DNA from: Dictyostelium discoideum
Taxonomy: Eukaryota
Direction: 5' to 3'
Length of the DNA: 64,000 bases
Assembly (NCBI GenBank): GCA_000004695.1
Contig: CM000155.2
Location: 2,816,001-2,880,000 of the forward strand
Under the pieces are notes generated by a model that did no database searches, was not told where the DNA came from, and saw only the letters and a program-made list of their open reading frames with translations. Positions 1 through 14,537 of this stretch are shown one piece after another (the stretch's first letter is position 1; each line of letters opens with the position of its first letter). The position numbers were made by a program, and so were the translations under genes.

Positions 1-1834
1 ATATAACATTATTTGAAAAGGTATTACTTGTTGATGCAGATTTACTATTGATATTTAAACTTTCGAAATTTATACCATCATAACCAAATGCACCTGTTAA
101 ATTGATTGAAGCAGTTTGAAATTTCAATTCAATCTCCTCCATTTGTTCACCTGATGTTGATTTTGGACCATTTTCAAAAAACACTGTATAAGAGGTAGAA
201 GATGGCCAATTTGAATTATCACTTAATTTATAGACTAGTGAATTTGCTGATAGTACCCAATCACCATCTGGGAATGATGGTGTAACTTTTGGACGCCATG
301 TAATCTCTGATGGATTTGCCAATGAATTTAAATTACCAAATGAAATCACTAAATCAATATGTGGTGAATATGGTGCTGTGGTAATATTTGGTTTAAATGA
401 TTGAAGAGTTCTAAAATCTTTTTGTTCAGTTAATAATTTTTTAACTGTACCCTCTAAAGATGGTGCACCTTGTAACACTGAAATGATAACGGTTGAACTA
501 CTATTGAAACCAAATGTTGGTTTAATACCAATATTTCTACCTTCATAACCGGTAACTAAATCCTTTAAGATTGGATCTTGTTTCATGATTTCCTCATGAA
601 TGAATTGAAGTACATTTGGTGTACCCTTTGCAACATGAGCAGGTGCACTTCTTAAATTGGTAGCTTGAATGAATGGTAACAATTCTTGTGGTGAAACTTT
701 TTGATTGAAACCAATGAAAATCGTTTGATTATGAGAATACTCTCTTATTGAAGCTGGCATGAATAATTCAATCTTTAATGTCTCTGTAGTGAATTCAAAT
801 TGTTGACCTTGAGTTGTGATAATATTGGTGGGTGATACCTTTATCTCTGCTGGTATCGTAATGGTATAGAGTGTACTCTTCTTCCATGACTCAATTGGTG
901 TATAGGTAAGTGTACGTTGGAATTGATCAAATGTCCAACCATTGGTTGGTTTATCTCTTGCAAAACCTGGATTACGTGGTGAAACCTCTGGACACCATAA
1001 TAATTTATTGGTTTCTTTATCAACTATATCACTTGGAAATATATTAAATGTTAATTCAATAACATAATCAATTGGTTTTTGATCACCTGGTTGAAAATAT
1101 GCTCTAATTTGTTCAACTTCTTCTTTTTTATTTTTTAATCTTTCTAATTCTAATTCTAATTTCTAAAATTAAATTAAAATATTAAAAAAAAAAAAAAAAT
1201 CAATAATAAAATAATTAAATAATTAAATAATAATAATAATAATTTTTATATATATACTTACTCTATCAGTTTCTTTTCTATTTTCATCATATTGTTTTTG
1301 TTTTTGTTCTTGTTCTAATCTTTCAGCTTCAGTTTTTGGTGGAACTAATGGTGGTGGGAATTTAAGTTGACGAGTTGTTTCAATATTACTTGTATTTTCA
1401 AATGGTTTATCTGTTGGTTCCCTAATATCTGTTGAAAAACCTTGAATTGTTTTATTAATAGTTGATAATTGATAAGTTGATGGAATTTTTGATAATAATT
1501 CTTCAAGTTCAATACCTGTAATATCACCTTCTTTCTTTTCAATTGTAACATCTATTTTATTATTATTATTATTTGATGATGATGATGCTTCATCAGTTGG
1601 TTTAGTTGTTGTTGTTGTTGTTGGTGTTGATTCAACTGATTCTACTGGTTCAATTGGTTTATCATTATTAGTCGAATGTTCAGTATCTTCAATTGGTTTA
1701 TCATCAGTATCTTTAATAGATTCTTTCTCTTCTTTTGCTTGTTTCTCTTGTTCTTGTTGAAGAAGAATTGATTCTAATTCTTGTTTTTTAACTTCATGAA
1801 CTGAGAAATCGAAATTATCAAAACTATTTGACAT
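1..1834 (-). CDS. Hypothetical large protein, N-terminal part. Start ATG at 1834. Exon 1 is 1262..1834 and exon 2 is <1..1162, and the CDS runs off the window start. The product is Thr/Ser-rich and may have Ig-like/MG-like beta domains.
   Basis: There is a 191-codon minus-strand ORF starting with Met at 1834. A GTAAGT donor lies right after codon R191 (reverse complement of 1256-1261). An AT-rich intron follows, with a TTTTAG acceptor (reverse complement of 1163-1168). The same phase then continues as an open frame without stops to position 1. I recognise no named motif. Confidence 0.5.
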
Positions 1835-2075
1835 TTTGTTTATTTTTTTGTTTATTTTTTTTTAATGAATTTAAATAAACTGTTGTTTTTATATATTTAC
1901 AAATAAAATAAAATAAAAAAATATATTCTGGATTTATATTTTTTTAATTTTTTATATTATTATTATTATTTATTATTTATTATTATTACAAAGAAAAAAG
2001 TATTAATTAAAAAAAAAAAAAAAAAAATGTAATTAATAAATTGTATGATTTTTGGTTTTTTGATTTTGGTTTTGA

Positions 2076-2118
<43 letters not shown>

Positions 2119-2262
2119 AAATTATATAAATATTATATATAATTTGAAATGAGTATAAAAGTTAATAGTTTTTTATTTAAAAAAAATAAAAAAATTTGGT
2201 TTTTGATTTTTTGAAAATAAAAAAAAAAAAAAGTGGATGAGTGTAGGTATCGATAAATATCC

Positions 2263-2296
<34 letters not shown>

Positions 2297-2965
2297 TATT
2301 TATAAACATCAATAAAAAAAAAAAAAACCAATCAACAAAAATATCTCCAACGGTTTTTGAAAATTTTTTCAAACAATTCAATTCAGTTAATTTTTTTTTA
2401 TTATTTCAAATTTAAAGCACCTCTTTTTTTAGATTTTTTTTTTTTTTTTTATTTTTAAAAATAAAAAAATTAATTGCATTTAATTCAAAAAAAAAACAAT
2501 AGTGAAAAAAATAAAAGGAAATTTTTTGGAATAATTAATTGATATAATTATATCTTGTCCATTTCCATAGTTTTGAACATACAATTTTTTTTTTTTTTTT
2601 ATACACTTTTTTTTTTAACATTTTTTTATTTTTATTTTTTTATTTTTATTTTTATTTTTTTATTTTTATTTTTATTTTTTTATTTATTATTATTTTTATT
2701 TATTAATTTATTCATTTATTTATTTAATAATTTGTAATTTTGAATATTATTGAAAATATATTGTAAATACAAATTTTGAATTGTTTCTTTGTTTGAAATG
2801 GAGATGCATACACCCTTACTTTCATTCTGACTCAAAAATTTTTAATTTTTTTAATTTTTTTTTTTTTTTTAATTTTTTTTTTGATTTTTTTTTTTTAATT
2901 AAATACCATTTTTTTTTTTTTTTTTAATTAATTTCATTTTTTTTTTTTTTTTTCAACTCTCAACA

Positions 2966-4942
<1,977 letters not shown>

Positions 4943-4953
4943 TATAATACTAA

Positions 4954-4989
<36 letters not shown>

Positions 4990-5524
4990 TTAATATATAT
5001 TTTTATATATAAATATATATATATATTTATATAGAGAATTGAAGAATTTATGGTAGAATATTTATATTATATTGTTGGTTTAATCATTGTTATACCAATT
5101 TTACTATTTTTCGTTTGTAGTGGGGAATCTAAAGAAAAAGATCAATAGATAGCACTACTTTATTTTTTTAAATATTTTTTTATTTATTTTGGTTTATTTA
5201 TTTATTTATTTTTTTTTCTAAAAAAAAAAATAATAATAAAAAAATAAAACATAAAAAATCTATAATAAAATTTTTTTATTTCTTAAAGATTACCAAAATT
5301 AGAAAAAAAGAGAATTTATATGTATATGTGTATGAAATTTCCCTTTTTTATTTTTTATTTATTTTTTTATTTTTAGTAATTTTAAAAACATTGCATAAAT
5401 CTTATTTCTAATCCTTAAAAGTTTTTTTGGGGGTAATACTAAAAATTTTTATTTTCCAAAAATAAAAATAAAAATATCGAATTTAACACAACACCACACT
5501 GGAAAAGAAAAATGGTATGAATCG

Positions 5525-5564
<40 letters not shown>

Positions 5565-6045
5565 AAAAATAAAATAAAAATATAACACATATAACGGTTA
5601 AAAAAATAAAAACATTATATTAATAAACCTCATTAATACCTAATTAAATTCGTACAATTTTCGATTAGGGTAAGTTATGATTCTTTGGTTTTTTAGAAAT
5701 AAAAAAAAAAAAAAAAAATAAATAAAATAAAAAAAAAAAAATAATTTAAAAAAAAAAAAAAAAAGTAGTTAGTTCAGAAAGTATTTTTTACAATAAAATA
5801 AGAAAAAGAAAAAAAACCTCAACTAACTTCCAAAATAATTTATTCATTTAAATATATTTAAATTTAAATTTCTTTTTTTTTTTTTTTTTTTTTTTTAAAA
5901 AATTAATTTTTATTTTTATTATTATTATTTTTTATTTTACTTTATTTTCATATGGAATTAAAAGATATTCAAAAACAAATAAACTCTTTATTTATAGAAA
6001 AAAATTTTATAAAATTTAATAATATATTTAATAATCCATTTTTTT

Positions 6046-6081
<36 letters not shown>

Positions 6082-6105
6082 ATAATAAAAAATAATAATT
6101 AAAAA

Positions 6106-8254
6106 ATGCAAAAAATAATTTATCTATCAATAGTATTATTGGTAGTTTCATTATTTTTAATATCGATTGGTTTTTCATCACCAACACTTTTTAATAATAA
6201 TAATAATAATAATAATAACGAAAATGAAAATAATAAATTATTAAATAATAATGTCAATAAAGAAATTAATAATATTATAAATAAAGGTTATCAAAAAATG
6301 GTAGATGGATTGAAATTAAAAAGTCAATTTCACTACAATGAAGATAAATATATGAAAAGAGCAATGGAAAAACAACAACATAATCCACTTGGTTATAAAT
6401 GCCAACATGATTCAATTGTTCAAAAGAGAATAAATAAATTAAAATTAAAATCCGCCGACGATAATAATAATGGTGAAAATTTAAAAACTAAAACCGTTAC
6501 TGAAAAATTAGTTAAAGATGCCAAAGCATTGGAAGCAAGTGCAACTACTGTATCTGCAACAACAGCAAGTCAACCAATTCGTTTCCAATTTGATACAAGT
6601 TATATCACTGGTACAAAAGATAAATATGCATGTCATAATGTTGGTGATGTAATTTCAGTTGGTTTTTCATCTGGTGCAACTAAACCATGTGAGCCAGATG
6701 GTTCAGTTGAAGTTTGTTTATATACATGTACTGAAGCAGATATACAAACCACTCAACTTCAAAATTTTTATAAAAACAATATCATTGAAACTATTAAAGA
6801 AGTTTTCCAATCAAGATTATTAGTCAGAAATCCACAAAACTCTTTTACTTTTAATCCAGCTGCAACCGATGGTACTTGTGATTATGGTGTTCCAATTCCT
6901 GATAGTTATTATACCGATGGTATTGAAAATACTGATATTTATGTTTGGGTAACTTCAAGACCAACTTCTTCAAATAGTAAGTTTATTATTATTATTATTA
7001 TTTAAAAATAATATATATGGGATATTAATTTTTTTATTTTTATTTTTTTTATTTATTTTTTATTTTTTTTTAATAGATACAATTGCATATGCATTTGCAT
7101 GTGATTATGATACAACAAATAATATTTTAGGTAGACCAAGAGCAGCATCAATTAATTTTAATCCAATATATTTTTCACCATTTATTGGAGCAGAGAATTC
7201 AATTTCATTTAATGAATATGTTAGAGTTGGTATACATGAGATGACACATGCATTAGGATTTTCATCATCATTTTTCGATTCATTTGTTAAACCAAATACA
7301 GCAGATGTAATTAGAGATGGTACTGGAGCTGCTGAAAATTTTAAATTCTCTGGAAAAACACCAAGTGGTGAAAGTTATTCAGTGACTAAATCTGCGATTT
7401 ATTCGGATCATGTTGTAAACTTTGCCAAACAACATTATGGTTGTAATGATTTGAAACATCAAGAACTTGAAGATTTCGGTGGTTCAGGTACAGCTGGTAG
7501 TCATTGGGAAGCCAGAACCGCCGGTGAAGAGTATATGTTGGGTTTTGTCAGTCCAGTGATGCCAATTACCGATTTATCATTCAATTTGTTATTGGACTCT
7601 GGTTGGTACGAAATTGTGACCAACTCTAGTGAACCATTAATTTGGGGCAAAGGATTAGGTTGTGATTTTGTCCAAAAGCCATGTTCTACAAGTACATGGA
7701 ATTACCAAGGTTACTTTTGCACTGAAAATGGTGCCTCCTCTTGTACCGGTACAAGAATGGGTAAAGGTGTTTGTAGAATAGTTACAGGTCAAAACGAATG
7801 GTTGCCACAATACCAACATCTTGATAATCCAAAATTGGTTGGTTATAATTTGGCAGCTGACGGTTGTCCATTCTATTCGGTTCAAGATAATAATGTATAC
7901 TGTTTTGATACATCCAAACAATCCACTGCAAACTCTCAAGTATTTGAAGAATATTGTGAAAACTGTCGTTGTTTTGAATTTAAAGATGGTAACGATGGTT
8001 CAATTCAACAATCTTGTTGGGAACAAAGATGTGGCTCAAATGGTTTACAAATTAAAATTAATAATAATTGGGTTGATTGCCCTGATTCTCAAACTATAGT
8101 CTCAAGTGGTGTAACTGTAGTTTGTCCAACTGGTTATACAATTTGTGGTGGTGATCCAAAACCAGTAATTGTAACTGGTAGTTCTGGAATTAAAATCTTA
8201 CCATATTTTATTTTAATTTCATCATTAATAATTTTAATTTATTTATTAATTTAA
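6106..8254 (+). CDS. Leishmanolysin-like zinc metallopeptidase (peptidase family M8, GP63-like). It has a signal peptide and a C-terminal hydrophobic anchor. Two exons: 6106..6976 and 7077..8254.
   Basis: HEMTHALGF, the HExxH zinc-binding motif in the characteristic GP63 context, is present. There are many conserved Cys. The N-terminus is a signal peptide and the C-terminus (ILPYFILISSLIILIYLLI) is a GPI/TM-like anchor. Intron 6977..7076 has a GTAAGT donor and a TAATAG acceptor, with phase 1 conserved across the junction (a|at gives N). Confidence 0.8.
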
Positions 8255-8550
8255 AAAAAAAAAAAAAAAAAAACAAATAAAAAAAAAAAAAAAATCTATT
8301 TAAAAAAAAAAAAAAAAAAAAAAAAACAAAATTTTTTATTTTTAGCTTTATTTTTTTTTTTATCTATAAAAATAAAACTTTTTTACAACCCATAAAAAAA
8401 AAAATAAAATTTAATTTTTTTTTTTTACATTTTTTATTTTTCGTCTTTTTTTTTTTAAGTTTCATATTTTTTTATTTTTTTTTTTTTTATTTTTTTTTTT
8501 TTTTATATTATTATTTTTTTTTCTTTTAAAAATTTAAATTTATTTTTAAT

Positions 8551-10236
8551 ATGAAATTATTTATAACAATAACACCAAATTTAGAAAAATTATTACATAA
8601 TGAAATTAAAGATATTTTAAGAACAAATAAATTAACGTTACCAAAATTTCAAGTTTTTGAAGGTGGTATTGAAATTGATTTAACAAAGGATCCAAATATA
8701 AGTGAACAAGAAAAAGAATATTATTTATGGTCAATTTCAAATTGTAGTAGATTAGCAGAATCGATTAGAATTAGAGTAGGTTTATCATTTCCATGTAAAA
8801 ATTTCAGTCAATTTAATATTAATTTAGAGAAATTAGATTATAAAACCTATTTTCCAACATCATCAATCGAACCACAAGTGGCGGTTAGTTGTAATGCTTC
8901 AACATTGTATCATACAAATGCAATTAAAGAAAGATTTATTAAACATTTTAATAATTCAATAAAAGATAAAATATCAATCGATATAAATTATTCAAAATTT
9001 AAACCAATTAAAAAATTATTAAAAAATTTAAGATATAAATTAAGAAAAATTCAAAATCCTAATGATGATGAAATAATTGGTGGTGGTGATGATCATGAAA
9101 TAATTGGTGATGATGAAGAATTAAGTGAAGAAGAAATTTTAAATAGAATTGATAAATTACAAATTGAATTAGAGCAAGTTATTGGTAAGCAAAAGAATAT
9201 ACCACAAAGTAAAGTTTTTATAAGGATTGATCAAAATGTAGGACAATTATCAGTTGATGCATGTACAAGTGGTGAAGGTCAATTACTTCATAAGAGAACA
9301 TTAAATAAACATATATCAGATGCACCAATTAGGGAAACATTAGCATCTGCAATTATAATGGCAATTATTTCAAGTACTCGTAGGGTTGGTAGTGGTACCA
9401 CTGAAGGTAGTTACCTGGATTTGAATAAAACCAATATTTGGGACCCTTTCGTTGGTAGTGGAACCTTAATTCAAGAGGCTATTAGCATGCTTTTAAAAGC
9501 AAAACCATCAAGTTGCACAAACTATAAAAGGTCATTCCAATTTGAAAGATTTAAAAATCATTCAACTGAAAGATATTTAAAATATTTAGAATCAATCAAT
9601 AAACCCATTTCACCATTAATTAAAAATACAATTTTAATTGGTTCCGATATTGATCAAAAAGCAATTGATTCTTCAATTTTTAATTTATCAAAACAAGGTT
9701 ATCAACATGAAAATATTAAATTTTTTAAGGGTGATTTTAAATCAATTTATTTAGATCAAATTAATATTGATAATAGTTTAGATGATGATGGTGATAATAA
9801 TAATAACAAACCATTTACAATTATTACAAATTTACCATACGGTACTAGAGTTTTAAATAGAAATCAACCACAACAACAACAAAATCAACCAATTCAACCA
9901 AAAGCAACAAAAATTAAAGAAGGAGAAAATTATTATGAAGATGACGATGATGATGATTTCTTTTCAATTAGAAGTCCAAAAAAAGATAATGTTAATATTT
10001 ATTTAAATAATAGTATCTCAAAAGATTTAAGAGATTTATTTAAAAGATTTGGTGATATGATTCATGAATCTAATGAATCAGTTTTAAGAGATGTTTTCGT
10101 ATTAAATGGTAATAGTCATTTTCAATCAATTTCAACAAATAATGGTAAAAATAATTTTGAATGGGAAAGAATTTTAAATTTTAGAAATGGTGGTTTAACT
10201 GTTGAATTATTAAAAATGGTTAAAAAACCAAATTAA
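8551..10236 (+). CDS. THUMP-domain class I SAM-dependent RNA methyltransferase (Trm11/THUMPD-like N2-guanine or N6-adenine MTase family)
   Basis: Motif I is DPFVGSGTLIQEA. Motif IV is ITNLPYG (D/N-PPY-like). The N-terminal region is THUMP-like. It is a single 561-codon ORF with Asp-rich low-complexity inserts. Confidence 0.65.
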   Translation: MKLFITITPNLEKLLHNEIKDILRTNKLTLPKFQVFEGGIEIDLTKDPNISEQEKEYYLWSISNCSRLAESIRIRVGLSFPCKNFSQFNINLEKLDYKTYFPTSSIEPQVAVSCNASTLYHTNAIKERFIKHFNNSIKDKISIDINYSKFKPIKKLLKNLRYKLRKIQNPNDDEIIGGGDDHEIIGDDEELSEEEILNRIDKLQIELEQVIGKQKNIPQSKVFIRIDQNVGQLSVDACTSGEGQLLHKRTLNKHISDAPIRETLASAIIMAIISSTRRVGSGTTEGSYLDLNKTNIWDPFVGSGTLIQEAISMLLKAKPSSCTNYKRSFQFERFKNHSTERYLKYLESINKPISPLIKNTILIGSDIDQKAIDSSIFNLSKQGYQHENIKFFKGDFKSIYLDQINIDNSLDDDGDNNNNKPFTIITNLPYGTRVLNRNQPQQQQNQPIQPKATKIKEGENYYEDDDDDDFFSIRSPKKDNVNIYLNNSISKDLRDLFKRFGDMIHESNESVLRDVFVLNGNSHFQSISTNNGKNNFEWERILNFRNGGLTVELLKMVKKPN

Positions 10237-10520
10237 ATAAAATAAAATTAAATTAAATAAAATTAAATAAAATAAAATAATTAAATACATAAAAATTAAT
10301 TTTTTTTTTTTTTTCTTTTATTATTTTTATTTAATTTATAACTTAACCCATGGGATTTAGTTTTTTTTTTTTATTTTTTTTTTTTTTTTTTAAAAAAATA
10401 AAATTCTTTGATTAAAATAAATATAAAATTAAACAACAAATGCTCTAAAAATAATAATTACTTTTATTTAGATTTTTCTATTAACATTTTTCCAAATTTT
10501 AAATTCTTTGAATGTGTTAA

Positions 10521-10551
<31 letters not shown>

Positions 10552-10650
10552 ATTTAAATTGTTTTTTTTTTTTTTTTTTTCATTAATACAAACCCCACAC
10601 ACACATTAATTATTTTATAATATAGTTTTTTAATATAAAAAAAAAAAAAA

Positions 10651-11580
10651 ATGTCAAATAGAAATAGTTTAAGTTTAAATATTAGTTGTGATAAATTATT
10701 AAATTTAAATCAAAAGAAAATACCAAATCTTGAAACTTATTGTTTGGATTATGTATTATCAAAACTTGATTTATTTAATATTGAACAACAATATACAAAT
10801 GATATTAAAGAGAAATTATTACAAAGAATGTTAAGTTTATATCAAAATAAATTTACAATTAAAAATATACCACAACCACAACCAACAATACAAAGAGTTG
10901 AACAATTAATAAATTTTGAAACAACATCACATTTAGATTTATCATCAATTAATATGAATAAATATATACTTGGTAATAATAATAATAATAATAATAATAT
11001 AAATAATAATAATAATAATTTAATAAATTCTTTTTCATTTTTAAGTAAATGTAAAAAATTAACAAATTTAACAATGTCTGGTCAATCGACAATAACATCA
11101 GATAAATTATTACCAATATTAGAAATGGTTGGACATTCATTACAAAGATTAGATTTAAGTAAATGTCCAAGATTAAATGATACAATAATTCATTATATTT
11201 CATTTTATTGTCCTAATTTAGAATATTTAAACCTTGAAGATTGTATCGGTATATCTGGTGCAGTTTTTCAACGAGCTTCGACTTATGATATTAAAAATAA
11301 AAATAATATAATAATTAAATTAACCACAAATAGTAATAATAATAATAATAATAATTATAATAATAATAATAATGATAATAATAATAACAATAATAATAAT
11401 ATTTCACCAAATAATAGTCAAAATAATTTAAATAATTTAACATCAACATCAACATCAACAATAATAACACCAGTATTTATGAATAAAATGTTAAATTTAA
11501 TTGAATTAAATTTATCAGGATGTAAAAGTATAAATCCAAAGAATTTATATTGTTTAAAGACAGCATTTCCATCATTAAAA
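10651..11580 (+). CDS. Leucine-rich repeat protein (cysteine-containing LRR subtype, possibly F-box/LRR). The CDS is cut by an assembly gap at 11581.
   Basis: LDLSKCPRLNDTIIHYISFYCPNLEYLNLEDCIGISGAVF and LIELNLSGCKSINPKNL are LRR_cc repeats. Poly-Asn tracts are present. The ORF runs into the N gap, and the sequence after the gap is low quality. Confidence 0.55.
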
Positions 11581-11680
11581 NNNNNNNNNNNNNNNNNNNN
11601 NNNNNNNNNNNNNNNNNNNNNNNNNNNNNNNNNNNNNNNNNNNNNNNNNNNNNNNNNNNNNNNNNNNNNNNNNNNNNNNN
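11581..11680. other. Assembly gap (100 N)
   Basis: Run of n. Confidence 1.
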
Positions 11681-12430
11681 TATTAATATTGGCGAAAAAA
11701 AATTCTGATTTGCTTCTTTTTTTTTTTCAAGTGTGTCCCATTTATTTTTTTTTTCTTTTTGGAAGGGAAGTTTTTTTTTCCCAGGCCAAAAAAAAAGTTT
11801 TGGAAAAAAAAAAAGGCTGGAAATTCCCCTTGGAAATTTTTCCAATTGGGGGAAATGTGGAATTAGTTTTTTTTTTTTTTTTTTTTGGGTCCTTTTACCC
11901 CCCAAAAAAAAAAAAAATATTAAAAATTTTTTAAATGGTTTCCCGGTTAATTTTAATAAAAAATAATTGAATTTTTTTTTTTTATTAAATTTTATGGGGA
12001 AAAAAAAAAAAAAATTTTTTTCTGTTCAAAAAAATTAATTAATTAATTAAATTTTAATTAAAAAACCCCCCCCTTTAAATGGTTTTTTAAAAAAAAAAAA
12101 AAAAAGAAGGGAAATCCAATCAAAACAAAACCCCCCCTCAACCCACATTTTTACTCTTTTTTTATGTAATTATAATTTTTTTTAAAAATAAATTTTAAGC
12201 ATATATATATATAACATACCACACATTAATTTTAATTCCATTGATCAATAATATTTTTTATTGATGACGAATAATATGAAAAAAGATGGCATAATTAAAA
12301 CAATATAACAACAAAAAATTATTATTTTTTTTTTATATTTTAATTTAATTTTATTTTATTTTTTTTTATTATATTTTTTATTATTCATTTAATTTTTTTT
12401 TTTTTATTTTATTTTTTTTTTGGGTATTTA

Positions 12431-12462
<32 letters not shown>

Positions 12463-12733
12463 TCAAATTTTTATTTGTCAAATGTCGGAATGAATTATTA
12501 AGGTATTAAATAGTAATAATTTTAATATTGTAATTCTCAATATCTAAACAATTTTATTATTATTTATTTTTTTTTTATAAAAAAAGTTTTATAATTTCTT
12601 TTTTTTTTTTTTTTTTCAAAATAAATTCCTTTGCTATAAAATTTTCCTATTTTTTTATAAAAAAAAATTATTTATTATATCTAAATTAATTTATAGTAAA
12701 CTTTTTTTTTTTATTTTTTTAAAAAAAAAAAAA

Positions 12734-13773
12734 ATGGATCATCAAAAATTAAATTATTTAATTATAATTATTTTATTATTTTTAACTACTTTTATATATT
12801 TTGGAAACTCAAGTCTTTTAAAAATTGAAGATATAAGGGAAAATAATAATTATAATTATATTTTTTATATAAATCCAAATATAGTAAATAATGATAATAA
12901 AATCAATAATAATAATATAAATAAAAATAAATTTTGTGGAATTAATATAAATAATAGTTGTTCAACAATTAGTAGTGCAATAAATTCATTTAAACAACAA
13001 ATTTTAGATGTTAACCATAAATATCAATCATTAACATTATTATTAATGGATGGTATATATAATTTAAATCAAGAAAATGGTTCCGAAATTACCATTATTG
13101 GAATGAATTTAACAATCAAACCTTTTAATTTTAAAAACCCAAATATAATAATAAAGGGTTCAATTAATAATAAAAATAAAAATAATAATCTTTTTACAAT
13201 AATAAATAATAAAGATAATATAAATAGTAATATAAAATTAATAAATTTAAAATTTCAACAAATAAAATCTACAACTTTAATAAATTATCAAATTGATTCA
13301 AATAAAAATAATAATAACGAAAATATAATTATTTTAAATAATATTGAAATTATTGATTCAAATAATATTATAATTGTTTCAAATTTAGTTGGATCAAAAC
13401 TTTTTATATCAGATCTTTATTTAAAAAATAATAGTGATAATAATAATAATAATAATAATTATAATAATTATAATAATTCTTTAATTAATTTACAATCTTC
13501 AAAATTATTTTTAAATAATACCATTTTAGAAAATAACGAGTTTTCAAATTGTATTTATGATAATTCAAATTCAACAATTGAAATTAATAATAATTTTATT
13601 TTAAGTAAAAATAATAATAATAATAATAATAATAATTTCTTATTTTGTAAAACAAGTTGCTTAATTAAAATAAATAAAAATGAAAATGAAAATAATAATT
13701 TAAAACAATTAGTTATCGAATCAACTAAATCAAAAAATTTATCAAAAATTATTATTTGTGATATATCTAAATT

Positions 13774-13812
<39 letters not shown>

Positions 13813-14125
13813 AACAAAAAAACAAGAAGAAGATTATAAATGTGAAATTGAAATTATTTCACCAATTTTAAAAGAAGAAATTATTACTACTGATAAAAAA
13901 AAAAATTATGGTAAGAGTGATGATACTAGTGATGAGTCTAGTGATGGTGGTAATAGTCAAGAAAAACAATTTATGAAATCATTGGAAATATTTGTAGTGT
14001 GTATTGGTTTAATTATTGGTTTTGCAATGATTGTATCAGCAATTTATTATTTAAATAAATGTTATTTAAAATATCATCCTGATTATTATTCAGAATATAA
14101 TTACGATATTATTCCAGATTTATAA
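12734..14125 (+). CDS. Hypothetical Asn-rich type I membrane protein. It has a signal peptide, a poly-Thr stalk and a C-terminal TM helix.
   Basis: 463-codon ORF. N-terminal hydrophobic segment LIIIILLFLTTFIYFG. T12 stretch. C-terminal TM VVCIGLIIGFAMIVSAIYYL. No recognisable catalytic motif. Confidence 0.5.
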
Positions 14126-14402
14126 TAATTATAAAAAAGAAAAAAAAAAAAAAAAAACTTAGAAAAATTAAAATTTAATAAATAAAAAAAAAAAAATTTT
14201 TTTAAAAAAAAAAATATCAGTTTTTTTAATTTAATTTCTTTATCAAAAAAAAAATAATAAAAATTCTTTTTTTTAAAAAAAAAGTAATTAACACGTCACT
14301 TTAAATGACATTATCATTTTTTTTTTTTAAAAAATTTTATTTTTCATTTTTTTTTTTTTTTTTTTTTTTTTTTGGGTTGAAAAAAAAAAAAGGGGTCTTT
14401 AG

Positions 14403-14465
<63 letters not shown>

Positions 14466-14537
14466 TATTTTTTATTAAAAAATAAAAAGAAATAATAATT
14501 AATTTATTTATTTAATTAATAATAATTATAATAATAA

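Noticed and set aside
2133-2737. ORFs of 60-82 aa rich in Phe/Lys/Ile in intergenic homopolymer DNA. Similar ORFs occur at 3427, 3969, 5969, 20062, 21323, 24043-25154, 48145-48564, 49765, 50864, 55301-55879, 57064 and 62115.
   Set aside because: They are translations of poly(A)/poly(T) runs and AT microsatellites. They have no start context and no motifs, and they overlap intergenic or intron sequence.
5035-5150. 31-codon hydrophobic mini-ORF (MVEYLYYIVGLIIVIPILLFFVCSGESKEKDQ)
   Set aside because: Too short and unsupported. It could be a micropeptide but nothing in the sequence distinguishes it from chance.
7655-8099. Antisense and off-frame ORFs inside the leishmanolysin gene. The same applies to 17693..18197 in the RhoGEF, 28147..28595 in RRP9, 29811..30008, 41979..42949 in WDR33 and 45525..46147 in the ABC transporter.
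   Set aside because: They are embedded in well-supported genes on the other strand or frame. Their composition is low-complexity or unremarkable.
10949-11203. Minus-strand poly-Tyr/Leu ORF opposite the LRR gene
   Set aside because: Shadow of the (AAT)n tract in the LRR coding strand.
11681-12140. Odd sequence just after gap 1, with runs of CCCC/GGG mixed with homopolymers (e.g. TTTGGAAGGGAAGTTTTTTTTTCCCAGGCCAAAAAAAAAG)
   Set aside because: It looks like a low-quality read end rather than biology. The tiling ORFs containing X are artefacts of the N run.
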